The notes below the pieces were generated by a model, which saw only the letters and a program-made list of their open reading frames with translations, was not told where the DNA came from and made no database searches. A stretch of DNA of 35,732 nucleotides from Verrucomicrobiaceae bacterium (GTDB lineage: Bacteria; Verrucomicrobiota; Verrucomicrobiia; Chthoniobacterales; Chthoniobacteraceae). A program made the position numbers and the translations under genes. The stretch spans positions 1 through 35,732 of the forward strand of contig JAYSTZ010000906.1 in assembly GCA_043719365.1 (NCBI GenBank), given 5' to 3'. How positions within the stretch are numbered: position 1 is the stretch's first letter; each line of letters begins with the position of its first letter. This document shows, piece by piece, positions 1-8,372 of this stretch.

Positions 1-138
1 GATTTTCGGCGCGAGCGATTCTGCGTTTCCGCTGTCGAGAACAGTCACACGTGCACCGAGGGCGCGCAGAAGCTGTGCCGCACTTTCGCCGCTTTCGCCC
101 GCACCGAGCACTGCAATATGGAGACCGGATACGTTCAT
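1..138 (-). CDS. murD: UDP-N-acetylmuramoylalanine--D-glutamate ligase MurD, first 46 codons only (gene runs off the window start)
   Basis: Reverse-complement translation from the ATG at 138 gives MNVSGLHIAVLGAGESGESAAQLLRALGARVTVLDSGNAESLAPKI, a MurD-type N-terminal GxGxxG Rossmann segment. The ATG overlaps the mraY stop as ATGA (135-138). Its position after mraY matches canonical dcw order. Confidence 0.8.
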   Translation of the reverse strand, partial: MNVSGLHIAVLGAGESGESAAQLLRALGARVTVLDSGNAESLAPKI

Positions 139-1271
139 CGGAGTTTCAATGTTGCCAGGCCCAGAAGCGCACAGACAAAGCTGACGATCCAAAAGCGGGT
201 GACGACGGCAGTTTCCTTCCAGCCGCTCAGCTCGAAATGATGATGGAGCGGTGCCATCCTGAAAACGCGGCGCCCTTCTCCGTATTTCCGCCGGGAGTAC
301 TTGAAGTAGAAGCGCTGGATGAGCACCGAGGTAGCCTCGACGACAAATACGAAGCCGATAATCATGAGGAGGAGCTCTTGTTTCACACAGATCGCCACGA
401 CCCCGATGGCACCGCCAATCGCAAGCGACCCTGTGTCGCCCATAAACATCTTTGCCGGATGCGCATTCCACCAAAGGAACCCGAGCGAAGCGCCAGCCAA
501 CGCCATGCAAAACACGGTCAACTCGCCGGCTTCCGGATAAAAGGGCACCTGAAGGTAGTCCGCGATGTAGTGGTTTCCCGCGATGTAGGCGAGCACGGCG
601 TAGGCAAAGGTCACCGTCAGCGTGCATCCCGTCGCGAGCCCGTCGAGACCATCGGTGAGGTTCACGGCGTTCGAGGTACCCATGATGATTCCCGCGATAA
701 ATAGGAACGTCACAGGAACACCCATGTTCGCGATCAGCATCTTTTTGTAGAACGGAACGTACAAAGCGCTCGCCTGGATTTGAAGCTGCGGATCGCTGAG
801 AAAAAACCAGGTCACACCGATCGCAATAAGAAGCTGCACGATGAGCTTTGTGCGTTCGCGAACTCCGGCGGAGTTTTTCTTTGCAACCTTCAAATAATCG
901 TCTGCGAATCCGAGTCCACCGGCCGTCAGCATTGACGCAATTACAAGCCAGACAAACGTGTTGTCTGGGCGCGCCCAAAGAATCGTTGAGACGACTGTCG
1001 AGCCGAGCAGGAGAATCCCACCCATCGTCGGGGTGCCCGCTTTTTTGCCGTGAAGGTCGGCGAGTTTATTGACTTCATCCGCGGTGCGAATTGGCTGACC
1101 AAACTTGAGCGAAAGCAGCTTCCGAATCGTGTAATTCCCAAACAGGAGAGAGAGCACAAATGCGGTCAACGCGGCGAAGACGGCGCGAAACGTGATGTAT
1201 TGAAACACGTTCAACGCCTTCAAAAAATCGCTCGTCGCGCCCGCGCTCAGTCTTTCGAGATAGTAGAGCAT
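135..1271 (-). CDS. mraY: phospho-N-acetylmuramoyl-pentapeptide transferase MraY
   Basis: 378-aa polytopic membrane ORF with MraY hallmarks (ADDYLKV, NAVNLTDGLDGLA, MGDTGSLAIGG, APLHHHFE). It sits between murF and murD. Confidence 0.95.
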   Translation of the reverse strand: MLYYLERLSAGATSDFLKALNVFQYITFRAVFAALTAFVLSLLFGNYTIRKLLSLKFGQPIRTADEVNKLADLHGKKAGTPTMGGILLLGSTVVSTILWARPDNTFVWLVIASMLTAGGLGFADDYLKVAKKNSAGVRERTKLIVQLLIAIGVTWFFLSDPQLQIQASALYVPFYKKMLIANMGVPVTFLFIAGIIMGTSNAVNLTDGLDGLATGCTLTVTFAYAVLAYIAGNHYIADYLQVPFYPEAGELTVFCMALAGASLGFLWWNAHPAKMFMGDTGSLAIGGAIGVVAICVKQELLLMIIGFVFVVEATSVLIQRFYFKYSRRKYGEGRRVFRMAPLHHHFELSGWKETAVVTRFWIVSFVCALLGLATLKLR

Positions 1272-2641
1272 TAGACCGCTCCTCCTTTCTCCAACTCGAT
1301 AATCACACGCTCCATGTGTGCCGAACGACTTCCTTTAACGAGCACGGTGTCCCCGGCTTTTGAAAACGAACGCAGCTCACTTGCGGCAGCACTGGTGTCG
1401 CTCACGCAAATGATTTTCGCGACCCCTGCCGCCGAGTCCGCGATCCATCGTGGCTCTTCGCCAACGGTAATAATGCAGTCGAGGCTGAGTGCACCGGCGG
1501 CTTGTCCGACACGCCGATGCCCGGATTCGCTTGTGGCGCCAAGCTCCCCCATGCGCCCGAGAACCGCGATCCGTCGGCCAAGACCCTGCTGTTTCGCAAG
1601 CGTCTGCAAGCCCGCAATCATGCTGTCGGGATTTGCGTTATAGGTGTCGTCAAGAATCGTGAGACCCGCGATTTGCTTTTGCTGGAGACGTCCCTTGCTG
1701 AGGCCCGCGTCGCGCAAACCGGCGGCGCACTCCTCCAGCGTCACTCCGAATTCGAGCCCGGCGGCACAGGCAAGGAGTGCATTCCTCACCATGTGCTCGC
1801 CGGGTACCGGGAGTTCCGCTTCCACGCACCGCCCAGTGGCATGGATTCGGAATTTGATCCCGGATGAAACTGTTTCGAGGTCCGTCGCGCGGACATCGCC
1901 TGTGCTGATACCTGCCGTGACGACGCGCGCAGTACAGCGGGCGGCTATCGCAGGAGAAAAATCGTCTTCGGCATTGAGGAACACCGTCCCGTTTTTTTGG
2001 ACGGCCGCAGCAAGCTCGCCCTTTTCCTGCGCGATGGCTTCGCGAGTGCCCATGTACTCGATGTGCGCCGTGCCAACGTTCGTGATGATCGCCGCGTCCG
2101 GGCGTGCGAGCGCAGCAAGCGGCGCAATTTCTCCGGGATGATTCATCCCGAGTTCCACCACCGCCACTTCGTCCTCGCTGCTGAGTGAGAGCAGGGTGAG
2201 AGGGACTCCGATGTGGTTGTTCAAGTTCCCTGCGGTCTTGGCGGTCTTAAACTTTCTTCCGAGCACGGCTGCCGTAAAATCCTTCGTAGAAGTCTTTCCG
2301 TTACTTCCTGTGATTCCAATGATTCGCAAGGGCAGGCTGGCCCGGTAGTGTCGGCTGAGTTCCTGGAGAGCCCTCAACGTGTCGAGCACTTCAATCACAC
2401 CGAATTCCACGGGCAAATTGATGGGTGCTTTTTCCACGATCGCCCCTACCGCGCCGATCTTTGCGGCTTCGCTCACGAACTCATGTCCGTCGAAACTTTC
2501 TCCACGCAGGGCGACAAAAAGGTCACCCGATTTTAGCGCGCGGGAGTCGGTGCAAATGTTGGCGACGAGCGCATCCGCGCCGCCGGAGAGCAACCGCCCG
2601 CCGGACCAATTCGCGACCTGACTGAGTGGTGTCGCGTCCAT
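1271..2641 (-). CDS. murF: UDP-N-acetylmuramoyl-tripeptide--D-alanyl-D-alanine ligase MurF
   Basis: 456 aa with the Mur ligase P-loop GITGSNGKTSTK, N-terminal CTDSRALKSGDLFVAL, and DDTYNANPDS. TAATG overlaps occur with murE (2639-2643) and mraY (1269-1273). Confidence 0.93.
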   Translation of the reverse strand: MDATPLSQVANWSGGRLLSGGADALVANICTDSRALKSGDLFVALRGESFDGHEFVSEAAKIGAVGAIVEKAPINLPVEFGVIEVLDTLRALQELSRHYRASLPLRIIGITGSNGKTSTKDFTAAVLGRKFKTAKTAGNLNNHIGVPLTLLSLSSEDEVAVVELGMNHPGEIAPLAALARPDAAIITNVGTAHIEYMGTREAIAQEKGELAAAVQKNGTVFLNAEDDFSPAIAARCTARVVTAGISTGDVRATDLETVSSGIKFRIHATGRCVEAELPVPGEHMVRNALLACAAGLEFGVTLEECAAGLRDAGLSKGRLQQKQIAGLTILDDTYNANPDSMIAGLQTLAKQQGLGRRIAVLGRMGELGATSESGHRRVGQAAGALSLDCIITVGEEPRWIADSAAGVAKIICVSDTSAAASELRSFSKAGDTVLVKGSRSAHMERVIIELEKGGAV

Positions 2642-4191
2642 TAGTCGTAAGCCTCCCCGTCTCCGCGTCCACGACGCATGTCATCGTTGTTCCAGTTGCT
2701 TCTCGGATGACGGCGAGTGACTGTTTCCCGGCGATCCAGCATGGCGCTGGCCGCAATCGCTGCGTCGTCGAACGGAAGTGTGTGGTCCGCAAATTCCTGA
2801 TACGTCTCGTGCCCCTTGCCCGCGAGAAGCACAATGTCACGAGGCTCCGCCATCGCGATTGCACGATAGATGGCCTCCTTGCGGTCCACGATGATTTCGG
2901 GGGTCAGCCGCCGGAAGCCGGGCTTGATGTCTTCAATGATGGCGAGCGGATCCTCTTTCCGGGGGTTGTCACTGGTCACGATTGCAAAGTCCGCATTTGC
3001 ATCCACGGCGGCAGCCATCTTTGGGCGCTTCGCGCGGTCACGATTTCCACCGCAGCCAAACAGGACGATCAACCTGGCAGGCTGCAACTCACGGAGCGTG
3101 CGAATGACATTCACGAGCGCGTCGTCCGAATGTGCATAATCCACAAATACGCGAAACGGCTTCTTCCCCTTCACAGCCTGCACCCGGCCGGGAACGGCTG
3201 GCGCATCAGCAATCGCTTTCACCGCATTTCGAACAGGCACGCCCATCGCGTAACAGGACGCAATCGCTGCGAGACTGTTGTAAACGTTGAATGCGCCGAT
3301 GAACGGCATCTTAACGAGGTAGCTCTTCCCAAGCGCACTGAGCTGATACTGCGTTCCCTCAAACGTCATCTTGATATCGAGTGCGCGGAAATTTGAATTC
3401 GCGCCTTGTCCGTAGGTGAAGAACTCCGTGGTTTTCCCAATACGGTCGATGATTCGCGAGCCGAAGCGATCATCGAGATTGATCACCGCCCGGCCCGTCT
3501 TTTTTTTCTGCGCTGCAAGCCCTTCAAAGAGTCGCGCTTTGGCGTCGAAATAGGCATCCATTGTTATGTGGAAGTCCAAATGATCCTGACTTAAATTCGT
3601 AAATGCCGCGACATCGAACTCCACTCCGCGCAGGCGTTCCTGGACCAGCGCGTGCGAGCTTGCTTCGAGCGCGCACGACTTGCAGCCTGCCGAGCGCATC
3701 TGCCACAAAAGCTCTTGTACGTCGGCACTCTCGGGAGTCGTCCGCGTTGCGGGGATTTCGCGATCTCCCACGACGTAGCGGACGGTTCCGAGAAGTCCGC
3801 AGCGCATCAACTCGGTGTCGCAGATGTGCTTGATCATGAACGTCGTAGTGGTCTTCCCGTTCGTTCCAGTTACCGCGGCAATCTTCAAAAAGTGGGACGG
3901 ATGCCGGAAGTACGCGGCGGAAATATCGGCAAGCGCCTGTCGTGGATTGCGCACCTGAATGTGGGTGGCTTTTGTCACCAAACCAGGCTTGTCGCTAATG
4001 ACGGCTACTGCGCCTTTCGCGATGGCTGCGTCGATAAACTGCGCGCCGTCCACTTTCTCGCCGGAAAGAGCGACGAAAAGCGAACCCTCGACAACATGAC
4101 GAGAGTCATACGAGACCGCAGTCACATCGCGATCCAGCGCACCGGTGACGGCGAGCGGCGAAATGGACTTCAGGAGAATATCCAACTTCAT
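2641..4191 (-). CDS. murE: UDP-N-acetylmuramoyl-L-alanyl-D-glutamate--2,6-diaminopimelate ligase MurE
   Basis: The start is taken at internal MKLDILLKS (ATG at 4191), which overlaps the ftsI stop as ATGA. The 63 upstream ORF codons overlap ftsI and are Arg/Cys-rich junk. Motifs are VTGTNGKTTT, DYAHSDDAL and the meso-DAP-specifying DNPR (VTSDNPRKED). There is an Arg-rich C-terminal tail of about 30 aa. Confidence 0.93.
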   Translation of the reverse strand: MKLDILLKSISPLAVTGALDRDVTAVSYDSRHVVEGSLFVALSGEKVDGAQFIDAAIAKGAVAVISDKPGLVTKATHIQVRNPRQALADISAAYFRHPSHFLKIAAVTGTNGKTTTTFMIKHICDTELMRCGLLGTVRYVVGDREIPATRTTPESADVQELLWQMRSAGCKSCALEASSHALVQERLRGVEFDVAAFTNLSQDHLDFHITMDAYFDAKARLFEGLAAQKKKTGRAVINLDDRFGSRIIDRIGKTTEFFTYGQGANSNFRALDIKMTFEGTQYQLSALGKSYLVKMPFIGAFNVYNSLAAIASCYAMGVPVRNAVKAIADAPAVPGRVQAVKGKKPFRVFVDYAHSDDALVNVIRTLRELQPARLIVLFGCGGNRDRAKRPKMAAAVDANADFAIVTSDNPRKEDPLAIIEDIKPGFRRLTPEIIVDRKEAIYRAIAMAEPRDIVLLAGKGHETYQEFADHTLPFDDAAIAASAMLDRRETVTRRHPRSNWNNDDMRRGRGDGEAYD

Positions 4192-6170
4192 TGCTTGCCC
4201 TCCAATGCCATCTGTTTGCGGTAGGCGAGTTCCTCTGCAACGAGCGCGGGGTCCGGCTTCAAGCCCAGGTATGCAGCGGCCCGCTCGGCAATCTTCGAAT
4301 AGATCGGCGCTGCAACGAGACCGCCGGAGTCCAGAGTTCCGTTGACCGTCGCACTGTCGTCCACGATGACAATCATGCAAAACCGTGGGGCCTCGGCGGG
4401 CATGTACCCAACGAACGAGCAGATGTGATCCTCCTTGGAATACTTCTTTGTTTCGTGATTGTAGATTTGCGCGGTGCCGGTTTTTCCGGCAACACGGAAG
4501 CCGGGCACTCGGGCTCGGGTTGCGGTTCCTCCTTTGGCGGTTACTTTCTCCAAAGCCCCTCCGACGTCTTTTGCCGTCTTGGGAAGAATCACGCCCTCGC
4601 GCACAATCTGCGGCTTGTATTCAGCCAGGATGTTTCCGCCATCGTCCGTGATGTTGCGAATGATTTGAGGCATGACCAAGTTTCCACCGTTTGCTATCGC
4701 GCTCGTCGCAACGACCACCTGGAGGGGGCTGGCCGCCACCTCGTGTCCCATTGGGATGTGAAACATGGAGGCGGCGGTCCATTTCGAAACAGGATGCAGA
4801 ATACCGCGGGTCTCTCCGGGGAGCGCGATGCCGGTACGCCCTCCAAATCCGAAGTCACGCACGAGTGAGTAGAATCGTTCTTGTCCCAATCGCAGCCCGA
4901 GTATTACCGCTCCAATGTTAGAGGATTTCGAGATGATCTCAGAAACCGATAGTTCTCCGTAGGGATGATGATCGGTCAGCACTCCTCCAGGATACGCCCT
5001 CCTGCCGTTGTAGCAGAATATCTTCTCGTCGAGGGTTGCAATCCTCTGATTGTGCGGCCCCATGGTATTTAGCGCCCCCGCTGCTGTGATTGTCTTAAAG
5101 GTCGATCCGGGCTCATACGCGCCGGAGACCGCAAAATTCAGCTTCTCCTCAGGCTTTGCTTTCTCCGGAAAATTCGGGTTGTAAACCGGGCGGTTGGCCA
5201 TTGCCATGATCTCTCCCGAGATGGGATCCATCATTAGAACACAGGCGCGCTTGGGCTTGAGCTTCTTGCAAGCGGCATCGAGTTCTTCCTCGACGATTTG
5301 CTGAACGCCGAGGTCGATGGTCAGGCGGATGTTTGCACCGTGCTTGGCTGCGCGCTCCGACCCACGGGTCGCGACCAGTTCCTTCCCATTCGCGTCTTTT
5401 TGGAAAAAGCGCTGTCCGTCCAAGCCGGTGAGCCACTGGTCCATGGAGCGCTCGATTCCGTCAACACCTCCAAAGGCACCCGATTTGAGCTCTTTCCCAT
5501 TCTCGTCGTAGTTCGGGACATAGCCGTAGAAGCCCACGACATGAGCCAGCAGTCTTCCTTCCGGATAAATGCGCTCGAAATCCTGCTCGAAAACGACCCC
5601 TCGAACATTGGCTTCGGCGAGAGTTTTCGCCTCTTCGAGGGCCTTGAGCTTTTCGGGCTTCCACTTGTCTTTACCCGTCAGGGCACGAACGCGTTCGATC
5701 TTCGCGACAATCAACGCTGTTTCCAACTCGGTCGCCTGGCTTTCGGTGATCTTCTTTTTGACGATGACGTAGCGATTCAGCTTTTGGGTTCCGGACTCCG
5801 GCTCAAATTTCGCCCTGACATCCGCGAACTCCAGACCGAGCGATTTGGCCAAAATCGTGGCGACCCGATCACGGTCATCGAACTTCACTTTCTTGACGCC
5901 GTTTTTGTCCTCAGGCTCCAGTTCATAGAGCAGCGACGTATCTGCAATGACGTTTTTCAGCGGCACGTTGCGTGCAAGCGCGACGCCGTTCGCATCGCGA
6001 ATCTCTCCGCGCCGGGAGAAGATTTTCGCGCTGCCCTCATAGGCTTTGCAGGCCTTGGCGGTGATTTCGCTGTTGTCGTCGATCGACAGGTGCACGAGCC
6101 TTGCAGACAAGCCGGTGAACGCGATGCCGAAGCACGCGCACGCAACCATCGCTCGCGTCTGCAATGACAT
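4188..6170 (-). CDS. ftsI: peptidoglycan D,D-transpeptidase FtsI (class B PBP)
   Basis: 660 aa with an N-terminal TM helix and the three PBP motifs: SxxK (GSTFKTIT), SxN (SKSSNIG) and KTG (GKTGTAQ). It has the dcw position between ftsL and murE. Confidence 0.92.
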   Translation of the reverse strand: MSLQTRAMVACACFGIAFTGLSARLVHLSIDDNSEITAKACKAYEGSAKIFSRRGEIRDANGVALARNVPLKNVIADTSLLYELEPEDKNGVKKVKFDDRDRVATILAKSLGLEFADVRAKFEPESGTQKLNRYVIVKKKITESQATELETALIVAKIERVRALTGKDKWKPEKLKALEEAKTLAEANVRGVVFEQDFERIYPEGRLLAHVVGFYGYVPNYDENGKELKSGAFGGVDGIERSMDQWLTGLDGQRFFQKDANGKELVATRGSERAAKHGANIRLTIDLGVQQIVEEELDAACKKLKPKRACVLMMDPISGEIMAMANRPVYNPNFPEKAKPEEKLNFAVSGAYEPGSTFKTITAAGALNTMGPHNQRIATLDEKIFCYNGRRAYPGGVLTDHHPYGELSVSEIISKSSNIGAVILGLRLGQERFYSLVRDFGFGGRTGIALPGETRGILHPVSKWTAASMFHIPMGHEVAASPLQVVVATSAIANGGNLVMPQIIRNITDDGGNILAEYKPQIVREGVILPKTAKDVGGALEKVTAKGGTATRARVPGFRVAGKTGTAQIYNHETKKYSKEDHICSFVGYMPAEAPRFCMIVIVDDSATVNGTLDSGGLVAAPIYSKIAERAAAYLGLKPDPALVAEELAYRKQMALEGKQ

Positions 6171-6580
6171 CAGCGTTTTCCTCCTGCATCATCCTCGGGC
6201 TTCTTTCCCGGGGTCGCTTCGCGGCTTGCGACGAACGAGACGCCGTCCTTCCACGCGACGAGCTTGTCGTCGCGGTTTACGTGGATCACGTCCTTCTCCT
6301 CCGAAATCTTGCGCAGCTTCATGGTGCCCTCGGCCTGCTTGCGCTCAAGCTTGCTCAGCGACGTGAGGCCATCGACCTCGGCCTTAAGATCTTCGTTGCT
6401 GATCTGTAGCCGCGCCAGACGGACTTCCATCTGCTTTACGGTTTTTCCTCCGTTAAAAACGGCGTACTTTACCATCAGAAACTTGATTCCGAATCCGACG
6501 AAGCATGCCGCTACGCAACACCCGATGACCCAAGCGGCGATTGGCAGTGATTGTTTGGTCGTCTTATAGCGATTCGACAT
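6170..6580 (-). CDS. ftsL: cell division protein FtsL-like (single TM plus coiled coil)
   Basis: 136 aa with a TM helix (LPIAAWVIGCCVAACFVGFGIKFLMV) followed by a heptad-like segment (VRLARLQISNEDLKAEVDGLTSLSKLE). The call rests on position between rsmH and ftsI, not on sequence identity. A TGATG overlap with the ftsI start occurs at 6168-6172. Confidence 0.6.
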   Translation of the reverse strand: MSNRYKTTKQSLPIAAWVIGCCVAACFVGFGIKFLMVKYAVFNGGKTVKQMEVRLARLQISNEDLKAEVDGLTSLSKLERKQAEGTMKLRKISEEKDVIHVNRDDKLVAWKDGVSFVASREATPGKKPEDDAGGKR

Positions 6581-6586
6581 GATGCG

Positions 6587-7588
6587 TTAGTTTTGTGAGA
6601 TGCGCTCTGCTACGCGGAGCTTCGCGGAGCGACTTCTCGGGTTTGTGCGTTGCTCCAGTTCACCAGCCACCACAGGGCGGTTGGTGATGAGCCGAAATTG
6701 ATAGAGCGGGTTCTTGCGCGGCTCGGGCCATTCCGGCCGATCCACGAATTCGACCGCGCGCTCCTTAAAGAAGTGCTTCACCCGACGGTCTTCCCCACTA
6801 TGAAAGGTAATGATTGCGATTCGGCCCCCGGGAGCCACCACACGAGTGAACGCATCGAGCCCGGCTTCCAGTACTTCCATCTCGCGATTCACTGCAATCC
6901 GCAGTGCCTGAAAAACCCGCGTGGCAGGATGCACGCGACTCTTCTTCGGGATGACGGTTGAAACAAACTCCGCGAGTTGCAGCGTATGGGTGAATGGCGT
7001 GCTCACGCGCTCGCGCACGATCCGCGCAGCCACTCGACGTGCAGCCGGCTCGTCTCCCAGGTCGCGGAAAATTGTGGAAAGCTGTTCCTCGCTGGCCGTA
7101 TTAACGAGGTCGGCCGCAGTCACCGGGTTCAGCGGCGACATCCGCATATCTAATGCACCGTCCCGTTGAAACGAGAAGCCGCGCTCCGGTGTGTCGAGCT
7201 GATGGGAGCTCACTCCGAGATCGGCGAGGATCGCATCCACCGAAAAAATCCCGAGGTTTCTCAGCACGCTCTCGATTTCGTGGTAGCTGGCCTGCACCGC
7301 GGTAAATTGATCACCGTAGCCTTCAAGCAGCTCCTTCGCATACGCGAGCGCCTCTGGGTCCTGGTCGATTCCAATGACCCGCGCACCGGCTTGCAAAAGA
7401 GCTTCGGTGTGACCGCCGCCGCCAAGGGTGCAGTCCACCACGGTCTTCCCGGCTTCGGGCGCGATGTGCTCCACGACTTCGGAGAGCAAAACAGGCAGGT
7501 GATAACCGTGCGCGTGTGGGTCGGCGGGCATATAGAATTCCTCCGGGTCGATGGTTGCGAAGAGCGGTTGTGCGACATCGAAGATCAT
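6587..7588 (-). CDS. rsmH: 16S rRNA (cytosine1402-N4)-methyltransferase RsmH (MraW)
   Basis: Motifs are HLPVLLSEVVEHI, VDCTLGGGGHTEALL, DLGVSSHQLD and ITFHSGEDRRVK. The ATG at 7588 overlaps the mraZ stop (ATGA, 7585-7588). An alternative ATG at 7531 (MPADPHAHGYH) cannot be excluded. Confidence 0.93.
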   Translation of the reverse strand: MIFDVAQPLFATIDPEEFYMPADPHAHGYHLPVLLSEVVEHIAPEAGKTVVDCTLGGGGHTEALLQAGARVIGIDQDPEALAYAKELLEGYGDQFTAVQASYHEIESVLRNLGIFSVDAILADLGVSSHQLDTPERGFSFQRDGALDMRMSPLNPVTAADLVNTASEEQLSTIFRDLGDEPAARRVAARIVRERVSTPFTHTLQLAEFVSTVIPKKSRVHPATRVFQALRIAVNREMEVLEAGLDAFTRVVAPGGRIAIITFHSGEDRRVKHFFKERAVEFVDRPEWPEPRKNPLYQFRLITNRPVVAGELEQRTNPRSRSAKLRVAERISQN

Positions 7589-8034
7589 CCGTCGTAGCCC
7601 TCCATGAGAATTTTGGCGCGAGTGCGGCGTGGTTCCGAAATCGCATCATAGCGCGCTTCGTCCCAAATCTTGAACTTCACAGTCGCACCCACGAGAACCG
7701 CGTTCTTTTTCGTGTCGATGCCGACGTGCTTCGCCCAATCGGATGGCAACGTCAGGCGACCGGCACTGTCGATTTTCACCCGCTCGGTCGTCTTACCCCA
7801 CTCCTCTTGAACTTCCTCGCGGTCCGCACCCGGAAGCGTGTCCGACCACGCGAGAAACCGCTCCTGCTCGACCTGGGGAAGCACCACTAAATGATCCTTT
7901 TTGACGCGGATGTAGAACACCTCGCGCTCCGCGAAACGCCACGCAGACGGCACGGTCACGCGCCACTGCGCGTCAACCGCGTTGCGGTATTCGCGTGTGA
8001 AAACGGACTTCTCTGTTGGTGTGTTTGCGGACAT
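7585..8034 (-). CDS. mraZ: transcriptional regulator MraZ
   Basis: 149 aa and the first gene of the dcw cluster. It has two AbrB/SpoVT-like halves, each with the MraZ DxxxR signature (VDAQWRVTVPSAW and IDSAGRLTLPSDW). Confidence 0.9.
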   Translation of the reverse strand: MSANTPTEKSVFTREYRNAVDAQWRVTVPSAWRFAEREVFYIRVKKDHLVVLPQVEQERFLAWSDTLPGADREEVQEEWGKTTERVKIDSAGRLTLPSDWAKHVGIDTKKNAVLVGATVKFKIWDEARYDAISEPRRTRAKILMEGYDG

Positions 8035-8061
8035 GGGCGGCTTGCGGACTTTTGGTAAAGT

Positions 8062-8100
8062 CCAACTAAGTGCCCACTAAGTGCCACTAAATCCCACTAA
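8062..8100 (-). promoter_or_regulatory. putative MraZ operator: four direct TTAGTGG/TTAGTTG repeats at 10-11 bp spacing
   Basis: The plus strand shows ccaactaa (8062-8069), then ccactaa at 8074-8080, 8084-8090 and 8094-8100. Read in the mraZ direction this is TTAGTGGGAT TTAGTGGCAC TTAGTGGGCAC TTAGTTGG. It starts 1 nt after a TTGACC -35-like hexamer (8107-8102) and ends 28 nt before the mraZ ATG. A fifth degenerate copy (tcactaa) lies at 8127-8133. Confidence 0.6.
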
Positions 8101-8372
8101 AGGTCAAGAACTACGGAGGTCCATTTTCACTAAAATTGAAGATTTTTTCCGACCGCCAGCAACTTTCCCTGCGTGGATGCGGGAAAACACTGCGCAAAAG
8201 CCGGAATTGGCAAAGATTTCGCGAGCGGCCGCTTCGGTGAAAATTGTTAAGTTTTTCGTGCATCAAATACTGTTTCACACCCTACCACGCATCGGGCAGC
8301 AAAGCGAGAATCGTGTTTGACCCGGCGTCGCGTTTCGGAATTCGATCTTGGAGAAACCGCCCGGCTTAGCCG

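Noticed and set aside
51-704. 217-aa plus-strand ORF, and similar ORFs at 2626-3396, 3652-4224, 5298-6167, 9514-10503, 11758-12516, 13824-14681, 24865-25668, 29475-30119, 30962-31675, 31452-32204 and 32477-33088.
   Set aside because: All are antisense or out-of-frame shadows of well-supported genes. They have the biased Arg/His/Pro composition of GC-rich shadow frames and no motifs.
4192-4380. N-terminal extensions offered by the ORF track for murE (to 4380), the HlyD-like gene (from 12825), the hydrolase (to 26025), the HExxH gene (from 25577) and the PhoD-like gene (to 35007).
   Set aside because: Each extension overlaps the neighbouring gene and has Arg/Cys/Ser-rich non-protein-like composition. 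Each also precedes an internal Met that begins a clean signal peptide or a conserved N-terminus, and for murE that Met restores an ATGA coupling junction.
8224-8233. 10-bp palindrome AGCGGCCGCT in the mraZ/GT4 intergenic region, and a TTGACC-N17-ATTCGA promoter guess at 8317-8345 for the GT4 gene.
   Set aside because: A 5+5 palindrome is expected by chance in a 338-bp region. The -10 candidate is poor, so neither is reported as a feature.
8081-8320. 79-aa plus-strand ORF in the mraZ/GT4 intergenic region.
   Set aside because: It starts at a GTG inside the repeat array, lies in the lower-GC regulatory region, and has no motifs and no plausible ribosome-binding context. It is more likely non-coding promoter DNA.
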